Source of the DNA: Candidatus Eiseniibacteriota bacterium | GTDB taxonomy: Bacteria; Eisenbacteria; RBG-16-71-46; CAVPCR01 | Direction: 5' to 3' | Length of the DNA stretch: 64,000 nucleotides | Assembly: GCA_963702435.1 (NCBI GenBank) | Contig: CAVPCR010000002.1 | Coordinates: 32,001 to 96,000, forward strand | In this document: positions 52,139 through 60,220 of the stretch, piece by piece | Position numbering within the stretch: the first letter of the stretch is position 1 | How the letters are laid out: each line of letters begins with the position of its first letter | Notes under the pieces: generated by a model | What the model was told of the DNA's origin: nothing | Seen by the model: only the letters and a program-made list of their open reading frames with translations | Databases searched by the model: none | Position numbers and translations under genes: made by a program

Positions 52139-52162
52139 CCGGGCGCAAGGAGGAAGCGCGCG

Positions 52163-54119
52163 ATGGGACAGACCGTCGTCGAGAAGATCGCGGAGGCGCA
52201 CATGGCGGAAGGGCCCTCGCGCCCGCTCCGCACCGGGGACTTCCTCTCCATCCGGCCCCGGCACGTCATGACCCACGACAACACGTCCGCGGTCATGAAG
52301 AAGTGGAAGACGATCGGGGCGAAGAAGGTGAAGGATCCACGGCAGCCGGTCTTCGCCCTCGATCACGACATCCAGAACCGGGAGCCGGATAACCTCGCCA
52401 AGTACGCGGCGATCGAGGCCTTCGCGAAGGAGCACGGGATCGACTTCTACGCCGCGGGGACCGGGATCGGGCACCAGATCGTGGTCGAGCGCGGGTACGC
52501 GCTCCCCGCGAGCTTCGTCGTCGCCTCCGATTCGCACTCGAACATGTACGGGGCGCTCGGCGCCGTGGGCACACCGGTGGTCCGCACCGACGCCGCTGCG
52601 ATCTGGGCTACCGGCGAGTTCTGGTGGATGATACCGCCCACGGTTCAAGTGATGCTGGAAGGACAGCTCGCCCCCGGCGTGACCGGCAAGGACGTGATCG
52701 TCACGCTCTGCGGGCTCTACAACCAGGAGGAGGTCTTGAACGCCGCGGTCGAGTTCGCCGGCCCCGGGGTGGCGGGCCTCTCCATGGACGCGCGGCTGAC
52801 GATCGCCAACATGACGACCGAGTGGGGGGCGCTCGTCGGCTGGTTCCCGGTCGACCGGGTCACGCTCGACTACCTCGCCGCGCAGCGCGCGAAGCTCGGC
52901 GCCGCCGGCGGCGACCGCATCCGCGCCGCCGATCTCGAGGCCTGGGCGACCAGACCGCCCGCCCCCGACCGCGACGCGATGCTACGCCGCTCGCATCACG
53001 CTCGACCTCTCGACGGTCGTGCCTTACGTGTCGGGCCCCGACACGGTGCAGGTGGCCGCCTCGCTCGCCGAGCTCGAGCCGAAGCGGATCGCGGTCCACA
53101 AGGCCTACCTCCTCTCCTGCGTCAACGCGCGGGTCGAGGATCTCGCCGCCGCCGCCCCCGTCGTGCGCGGGAAGAAGGTGGCGCCGGGGGTCAAGCTCTA
53201 CGTCGCAGCCGCGAGCAAGACGGTCGAGGACGAGGCCAAGCGCCGCGGCGACTGGCAGGCGCTCGTCGACGCGGGCGCCATCGAGCTCCCGGCCTCCTGC
53301 GGACCCTGCATCGGCCTCGGCGAGGGACTCCTCGAAGCGGGCGAGGTGGGGATCTCGGCCACCAACCGGAACTTCAAGGGCCGCATGGGCTCGCGTGACG
53401 CGAAGTGCTATCTCGCAAGCCCCGCGGTGGTCGCCGCCTCGGCGGTGGCCGGCGTGATCGCGGGGCCGGCGGCGCTCGCCGGTCTCCCGGCCCGCCCGCT
53501 CACCCGCCGGATCCAGATCCTCGCTCCGGCTGCCGGCGCGGCAGAGACGGTCGAGATCCTCCCCGGCTTTCCGGCGAGCGTCCGCGGCCGGCTCCTCTTC
53601 GCGCCCGCCGACAACCTGAACACCGACGGCATCTACGGCAAGGACTACACCTATCGCGAGGACATGACGCGCGAGATGATGGCCGAGGTCGTCATGCAGA
53701 ACTACGATCCGGAGTTCGCCAAGGCGACGCGCGCCGGCGACGTCCTCATCGGCGGGTTCAACTTCGGGACGGGCTCGTCGCGCGAGCAGGCGGTGACCGC
53801 GCTCCAGGCCAAGGGCATCCCGCTCGTCATCGCCGGCAGCTTCTCGCAGACCTATCTCCGGAACGCCTTCAACAACGGCTTCCTCTGCGTCGAGACCCCG
53901 GCCTTCGTCCGCTTCCTGAAGGAGCGGTTCGCGGCCGAGGTCAAGGCCAAGCGCCCGACCATCATCCCGGGCGACGAGATCGACATCGATTTTTCCCGCA
54001 GCACCATCCGCTACGGCGGCGCGAGCTTCAGCTTCCCTCCGCTCGGCAGCGTGCCGCAGTCCCTGGTGATCGCGGGTGGAGTGGAGAACCTGGTCAGCCG
54101 CAAGCTCGGCCTGGCCTGA
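52163..54119 (+). CDS. Single-chain homoaconitase-like (LysF type) hydratase; one apparent frameshift at about 52982
   Basis: HDN, DSH, WW.IPP, SCVN and CGPCIG Fe-S ligands, NRNFKGRMG, fused small subunit NTDGIY...[11 protein letters not shown]. Confidence 0.88.
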
Positions 54120-54134
54120 GAACGGGGGGGGGAC

Positions 54135-54223
54135 ATGGCGCGCTCCACGGTCCGGCCTCGACGGCCGCGATGACCGACGCCATCCTCGCTCGACTGGAGA
54201 GGGTAGACCAGCTCAGGGGGTAA
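54135..54223 (+). pseudogene. Possible scar of a deleted isocitrate/isopropylmalate-family dehydrogenase gene
   Basis: SD plus MARSTV fused out of frame to GPASTAAMTDAILARL...*, resembling that family's two termini. Confidence 0.45.
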
Positions 54224-54225
54224 CC

Positions 54226-55476
54226 GTGACGACGACCAAGCAACCGGCCGGGACCGGGCCTCCGCGCGGCACCGCCGGCCGCCAGGGCGACCAGGTGCGC
54301 TCGGATCTCTGGGTGGCGATCGAGCCGCGCACGGCGGGCGGGATCGCGCTCGAGCTCGAGTCGAAGGTCGCCCCCTACTACGGCGAGGCGCTCGGCGCGC
54401 AGATCGAGGCGCTCCTCGGGCGCCTCGGTGTGACCGACGCCCGCGTCGAGGTCAAGGACTACGGTGCGCTCCCCTTCGTGATCTCGGCGCGGATCGAGGC
54501 GGCGGCGCGCCGTGCCGGGATGCACGGCGGCGACGCGCGGCCGGAGCGCACGGTCGCGCTCGCTCCCGAATCGCCGCGCGACCGGCTCCGCCGCTCGCGC
54601 CTCTACGTGCCCGGCGTCGAGCCCAAGTTCATGGTCAACGCCGGCCTCTACGGCGCCGACGGCGTCATCTTCGATCTCGAGGACTCGGTGCACCCGGACG
54701 AGAAGGATGGCGCGCGGCTCATCGTGCGGAACGCGCTCCGCACCCTCGATCTGGGGAACGCCGAGCGCATGGTGCGGGTGAACCAGCTCCCGCTCGGGCT
54801 CGCCGATCTCGACGAGATCATCCCCGAGAACCCGGACGTGATCTTGATCCCGAAGGTCGAGACCGCGGAGCAGGTCGTGGCCGTCGACAAGCGGATCACC
54901 GCTATCCAGGCCCGCCACGCCTCGACGCGTCGGGTCTGGCTCATGCCCATCCTCGAGTCGGCGCTCGGCATCGAGAACGCGTTGGCGATCGCGGGCGCCA
55001 CTCCCGCCATCTGCGCCCTCACGATCGGGCTCGAGGATTACACGGCCGATCTCGGCGTCGTGAAGACGGCCGGCGGCGAGGAGAGCCTCTACGCGCGGCT
55101 CCGCGTCGTCAACGCGGCGCGCGCGGCCGGCATCCAGCCGATCGACTCGGTCTACGGCGACGTGGCGGACACACCCGGGCTCACCGCCTGGGCGCGCCGC
55201 TCGCGCGGGCTCGGCTTCGTCGGCATGGGCTGCGTGCATCCACGGCAGGTGCCCGTCGTGCACGAGGCTTTCGCGCCGAGCGCTCCCGAGATCGAGAAGG
55301 CGCGCGCGATCGTCGCCGCCTTCGAGGAGGCGGCCCGGAAGGGCCTCGCCGTGGTGAGCCTCGGCTCGAAGATGATCGATCCGCCGGTCGTCCTCCGCGC
55401 GCGGAAGCTCGTCGCCGACGCCCGGGCCATGGGGCTCATCGCGGAGACGAAGGCGAAGACCGAGGAAGCGCGATGA
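54226..55476 (+). CDS. Fused citrate lyase ACP (CitD-like) plus citryl-CoA lyase (CitE)
   Basis: N-terminal SD...S.V...YG...D.GAL...ARIE (CitD pattern), then RRSRLYVPG, DLEDSV, RVN, PKVE, HPRQ, MIDPP. Confidence 0.85.
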   Translation: MTTTKQPAGTGPPRGTAGRQGDQVRSDLWVAIEPRTAGGIALELESKVAPYYGEALGAQIEALLGRLGVTDARVEVKDYGALPFVISARIEAAARRAGMHGGDARPERTVALAPESPRDRLRRSRLYVPGVEPKFMVNAGLYGADGVIFDLEDSVHPDEKDGARLIVRNALRTLDLGNAERMVRVNQLPLGLADLDEIIPENPDVILIPKVETAEQVVAVDKRITAIQARHASTRRVWLMPILESALGIENALAIAGATPAICALTIGLEDYTADLGVVKTAGGEESLYARLRVVNAARAAGIQPIDSVYGDVADTPGLTAWARRSRGLGFVGMGCVHPRQVPVVHEAFAPSAPEIEKARAIVAAFEEAARKGLAVVSLGSKMIDPPVVLRARKLVADARAMGLIAETKAKTEEAR

Positions 55477-57109
55477 CGGCGCCGGCCGGCCCCGGCGCGG
55501 CGGCCGCGGGCGGGGGGAAGGCCGAGCTCGTAAAGAACGCCGCCGGTCGGCTCGTGCCGGCGATCGTGAACGGGAAACAGCAGGCGCCCTTCGCCGGTGT
55601 CGACCGGCATCCCGTGAGCGGGCGGAAGGCGGCGCCCCCGATCGTGCGCGCGGCCGACTACCCGGCGAACGGCGACAAGCGGGTCAAGGACCTCCGCACC
55701 GCGCTCGATCAGTGCGGCCTCAAGAACGGCATGGTGATCTCGAGCCACCACCACCTCCGGAACGGCGATCGCATCGCGCTCGAGGCGCTCAAGACTGCCG
55801 CCGCCATGGGTGTCAAGGACCTCCTGTGGTTCCCCTCGGCGTCCTTTCCCTGCCACGAGCCCGTGATCGAGCTACATGGAGAAAGGCGTCGTGCATCACC
55901 TCGAGGGGAGCATGAACGGCCCGATCGGGGACTACTGCTCGCAGGGGAAGATGCGGGGGCTCGGCGTCCTCCGTTCGCACGGCGGGCGCTGGCAGGCGAT
56001 CCAGGACGGCGAGGTCGCACATCGACATCGCCGTCATCGCGGCGCCGACAGCGGACCCCTTCGGGAACGCGAACGGCGCCTTCGGCAAGTCGGCCTGCGG
56101 CTCGCTCGGCTTCGCGCTGGCCGATTCCATGTATGCCGACAAGGTGATCGTCGTCACCGACAATCTGGTCCCCTTCCCCTGCGTTCCGTGGCAGATCCAG
56201 GGGAACTCGGTCGACTACGTGGTCGAGGTCGAGTCGATCGGGGATCCGTCGAAGATCGTCTCCGGCACGACCGCAGCTCACCTCGAGCCCCGACCGGCTC
56301 CGGATCGCCGAGCTCGTCGCCAGCTTCATCCGCGACGCGGGCATCATGCGCAACGGCTTCTCGTTCCAGGCGGGCGCCGGCGGCATCGCGCTCGCCTTCA
56401 TCCCCTACCTCGCCCAGATGATGCGCGAGCGCGGGGTCAAGGCCGGCTTCGTGCGCGGCGGCGGCACCCGCGTCCTCGTCGAGATGCTCAAGGAAGGGCT
56501 CACCGACTGGATCCTCGACGGGCAGACCTTCGACTTGGACGCGGTGCGCTCGATCGGGACCGATCCGCGGCACGTCGTCACCTCCCCCTTCACCTCCTAC
56601 AACGACCACGGGAAGGGCGCCTTCCACACCATGGTGGACGTCGCGGTCCTCGGCGCGACCGAGGTGGACGTCCACTTCAACGCGAACGTGGTGAGCCATT
56701 CCGACGGGCGGCTCCTGCACGGGATCGGCGGCTGGCAGAACTGCCTCTTCGCCGGCTGCACCATCCTCGCGGTGCCGAGCTTCCGCGACCGCATCCCGGT
56801 CATCGTGGACGAGGTGACGACCCTCGTCGGCCCGGGCGAGCTCGATCGACGTCATCGTCACCGAGCGCGGCATCGCCATGAATCCGCGCCGCGAGGATCT
56901 CCTGACGGCGACCCGCGGCAAGGGCGCTCCCCATCCGCCCGCTCGCCGAGATCCAGGCCGAGGTCGAGCGGCTCTGCGGCGGCAAGCCGCGGCGGGCCCG
57001 CGTCACCGACCGGCCGGTCGCGGTCGTCAAGTGGGTGGACGGAACCGTGATCGACACCGGGTGGCAGGTCGCCGAGGTGATCAAGGGCTTCGCGCCCGGC
57101 GGGGAGTGA
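55473..57109 (+). CDS. citF: Citrate lyase alpha subunit / CoA-transferase; five apparent +1 frameshifts
   Basis: HHHLRNGD, RSHGGR, ACGSLG, FQAGAGG, GATEVD..FNANV, GG..DGTVID; extra bases at about 55875, 56017, 56273, 56844, 56926. Confidence 0.9.
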
Positions 57110-57140
57110 GCGGCCCCGGGGCGGGACGCCGCGCCGCCGT

Positions 57141-58049
57141 TCAGCGCCCGCGCGCCCGCGGATGGGCGAGCGCGTACACCTCGCGGAGCCGCGCCGCGGT
57201 CACGTGCGTGTAGATCTGGGTCGAGGCGATCGAGGCGTGGCCGAGGAGCTCCTGCACCTCGCGGATCGGCGCCCCGCGATCGAGGAGATGCGTGGCGAAG
57301 CTGTGGCGGAGCACGTGCGGGCTCACCTTGAGCCCGCGCGCCGCGGCGAGGAGCCGCGCCTTGACGAGCCGCTGCACCGTGCGCCGGGAGAGACGCCGGC
57401 CGCGCGCGCCGCGGAAGAACGCGGCCTCGCCGCGCGGGCGCGCCGCGCGATAGGCGGCGAGCGCCGTGGCCGCGCTCGATCCGAGGACGGCGAGCCGCTC
57501 CTTCCCCCCCTTCCCCATCACGCGCACGAGTCCGCCCGCGAAGTCCACGTCCTCGTCGTCGAGCGCGACGAGCTCGGCGAGCCGGATCCCGGTCGAGTAG
57601 AGGAGCTCGAGCACCGCGCGATCGCGGAGATCTTCCGGCGCCCGGTCGCCGATCGTGTCGAGCGCCCGGCCCAGATCCACCGCCGGGAGCACCCGCGGCA
57701 GCGTCTTCGGGAGGCGCGGCGAGCGGATCGCAGCGGTCGGATCCCCGGTGAGCCAGCCGTGCCGGCGGAGGAAGGTGGCGAAGCCGCGCACGGCCGCGAG
57801 CCGGCGGGCGATCGTGCGCGCGGCGAGCCCCTCGCTCGTGCCGGCGCGGAGGAAGGCGGCCACGGCCTCGCGATCGAGGGCGGAGAGCTCCGGCGCCCGC
57901 TCGTGCTCACCCCCGAGGACGCGCGCGAACGCGGCGAGATCCCGCCGGTAAGCGGCGACCGAGTGGGGCGAGAGGCGCCGCTCGTGGGCGAGGTGATCGA
58001 GGTAGGCGGCGACCGCGGCCGGGAAGTCGCGCGGCGCCGGATCGCGCAT
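57141..58049 (-). CDS. xerC: Tyrosine recombinase XerC
   Basis: LYSTGIRLAE, GKGGKER, HVLRHSFATH, LLGH, TQIYTH, AHPRA; topA-trmFO-xerC synteny. Confidence 0.85.
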   Translation of the reverse strand: MRDPAPRDFPAAVAAYLDHLAHERRLSPHSVAAYRRDLAAFARVLGGEHERAPELSALDREAVAAFLRAGTSEGLAARTIARRLAAVRGFATFLRRHGWLTGDPTAAIRSPRLPKTLPRVLPAVDLGRALDTIGDRAPEDLRDRAVLELLYSTGIRLAELVALDDEDVDFAGGLVRVMGKGGKERLAVLGSSAATALAAYRAARPRGEAAFFRGARGRRLSRRTVQRLVKARLLAAARGLKVSPHVLRHSFATHLLDRGAPIREVQELLGHASIASTQIYTHVTAARLREVYALAHPRARGR

Positions 58050-58249
58050 CACGCCTCCTCCTCCGGCAGGAGGAAGGCGAGGACGGCGTAGACGATGATG
58101 GCGAGCCCCGCCGTCGCCAGCAGGGCGAGGAGCCCGATCGCGCGCACGAGCCACGGCGATACACCCTTCGCCTTGGCAAAGCCCGCGCAAACGCCGGCCA
58201 CGAGGCGCCCGTCACGGGCCCGGATCCACTTCGCTCCATCCTCGTTCAA
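58049..58249 (-). CDS. PspC-domain membrane protein
   Basis: R...VAGVCAGFA...VR...Y....LPEE. Confidence 0.8.
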   Translation of the reverse strand: MNEDGAKWIRARDGRLVAGVCAGFAKAKGVSPWLVRAIGLLALLATAGLAIIVYAVLAFLLPEEEA

Positions 58250-58276
58250 TGCGGACTCCCGCCCCCGCGCTCGACG

Positions 58277-58759
58277 CTACCGGTAGGTCTGGAGCGACTC
58301 GCGCACGGTGATGTAGGGCTTCCGACCCGGCTTGGCCACGGCAAAGGCGTACTCGATCGACTGGAGATCCATCCCCTCGAAGAAGACCGCCACCCAGAGC
58401 TCCTCGCCTTCCCGCCGGTGCTTCTGCACATAGTCGGTGAGGAGCTTCTCGACCGCGGCCTGGTTCTCCACCCCGCGGACGACGAGCTTCACGCTCCGCT
58501 TGCCGCCGGCGAGCGTCTCCTCGTAGGTGCGAACGATCGCGAGCGCGGGGGCGACCTCGGGAGGAGGAGCCGGCGGCTCCGGAGCGGGCTCGACAACGGG
58601 CGGTGGCGGCGGCACGGACGGCGCCGGCGCCGTCGACACCATCTCGCGCTTGGCGCACCCGCTCATCATGACCAGAACCCACGCCAACGTGGGGACGAGA
58701 ACGACCGGCTTCGCGAATAATCGCGCCCCATGGAGGATTCTCGTGCCAGGGCGATCCAT
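58277..58759 (-). CDS. Hypothetical lipoprotein with Pro-rich linker
   Basis: Lipobox MSG-C, poly-Pro tract; TATAAT 6 nt before ATG. Confidence 0.65.
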   Translation of the reverse strand: MDRPGTRILHGARLFAKPVVLVPTLAWVLVMMSGCAKREMVSTAPAPSVPPPPPVVEPAPEPPAPPPEVAPALAIVRTYEETLAGGKRSVKLVVRGVENQAAVEKLLTDYVQKHRREGEELWVAVFFEGMDLQSIEYAFAVAKPGRKPYITVRESLQTYR

Positions 58760-58835
58760 AGCGGCATTATAGCGCAGGCGGAGACGGCCGGGGACAGGAG
58801 CAGGCGAGTTGCGCGGACCGTGCGGGAAGCTGCCG

Positions 58836-60188
58836 TCAAGCGCGAGCCGGAACCGCACCGCCGCCGACCTGGAGATCGCCTGCCGCGACCTTGAACTCAT
58901 GGAGCGCGGCGAGGGCGCGGGCGGCGAAGGCCTCCTTCTTCGCGAGGCGGCTCTTCTGGCGAGCGAGGGGCGGCAGGAGCCCGAAGTTGAAGTTCATGGG
59001 TTGGAATGGACGTGCCGGCGCCGTCGCCAGGTGATGCGTGAGCGCGCCGATCGCCGTCTCCTCCGGGAAGACGAGGGTCGGTGCGCCGCGCGCCGCGCGC
59101 GCGAGGTTGACGCCGGCGACGAGGCCGGTCGCCATCGCCTCGCAGTAGCCCTCGGCTCCGGTGAGCTGGCCGGCCACGAACAGCGCCGGCGTCCCGGCTT
59201 CTGCCCCGCGGAGGCGGAGATCCGGATCGAGGAGGTCGGGCGCCGCGAGGAACGAGTTCCGGTGCATCGAGCCGAGACGCAGGAACTCGGCGCGTTCGAG
59301 CCCGGGGATCATCCGGAAGATGCGCTCCTGCTCCCCGTACTTGAGGCGGGTCTGGAAACCGACGAGCCCGTACATCGTGCGCGCGCGGTTCTCGGCCCGG
59401 AGCTGGACCACGGCGAACGGCCGGCGCCCCGTCCGCGGATCGCGGAGCCCCACCGGTTTCAGGGGCCCGAAGGCGAGCGTCCGCTCGCCGCGCGCCGCGA
59501 GCTCCTCGACCGGGAGGCAGCCCTCGAAGAGGAGCTCGCGGTCGAAGTCCTTGACCGGCGCCGTCTCTCCCGCGAGAAGCGCCGCCTGGAAGCGCGCGTA
59601 CTCCGCGGCGTCGAGGGGGCAGTTCACGTAGTCCTCGCCGTGCCCGTAACGCGAACCGGGGAAGACGCGCTCACGATCGATGGTCTCGGCATCGACGATC
59701 GGCGCGATGGCGTCGAAGAAGAAGAGGGAGCCGGCGCCGAGCCGCGCAGCGAGCGCCGCGGCCAGGGCATCCGAGGTGAGGGGACCGGTGGCGATGAGCG
59801 CGGGTTTATCCGCCGGGAGCGCGGTCTGCTCGGCGCGGTGGATCGTGATGCGCGGGTGCGCGGCGAGAGCCGCCTCGACCGCGGCCGAGAAGGCAGCGCG
59901 ATCGACGGCGAGGGCGCTTCCGGCCGGCACCCGTACCTCGCCCGCGATGCGGACGAGGAGGCCGCCGAGCGTGCGCAGCTCTTCCTTCAGGAGCCCGTGC
60001 GCGGTGGTCACCGCTTCCGACTTGAAGGAGTTCGAGCAGACGAGCTCGGCGAGGCCCGCCGTCGTGTGCGCCGGGGTCGCGCGCACGGGCCGCATCTCGA
60101 CGAGCGTGACGTGCACGCCGCGTTCAGCCGCCTGCCAGGTGGCCTCCGCCCCGGCGAGGCCGCCGCCGATGACCAGGACCTCGCCCAT
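58836..60188 (-). CDS. trmFO: Folate/FAD-dependent tRNA m5U54 methyltransferase
   Basis: GGGLAG.E, ELVCSNS, LAVDR, FEGCLP, VGFQT, MHRN, AGQ..G.EGY. Confidence 0.95.
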   Translation of the reverse strand: MGEVLVIGGGLAGAEATWQAAERGVHVTLVEMRPVRATPAHTTAGLAELVCSNSFKSEAVTTAHGLLKEELRTLGGLLVRIAGEVRVPAGSALAVDRAAFSAAVEAALAAHPRITIHRAEQTALPADKPALIATGPLTSDALAAALAARLGAGSLFFFDAIAPIVDAETIDRERVFPGSRYGHGEDYVNCPLDAAEYARFQAALLAGETAPVKDFDRELLFEGCLPVEELAARGERTLAFGPLKPVGLRDPRTGRRPFAVVQLRAENRARTMYGLVGFQTRLKYGEQERIFRMIPGLERAEFLRLGSMHRNSFLAAPDLLDPDLRLRGAEAGTPALFVAGQLTGAEGYCEAMATGLVAGVNLARAARGAPTLVFPEETAIGALTHHLATAPARPFQPMNFNFGLLPPLARQKSRLAKKEAFAARALAALHEFKVAAGDLQVGGGAVPARA

Positions 60189-60220
60189 GGCCGCGTTCGC
60201 CCGGTTCAGCGCGGTCCGGG

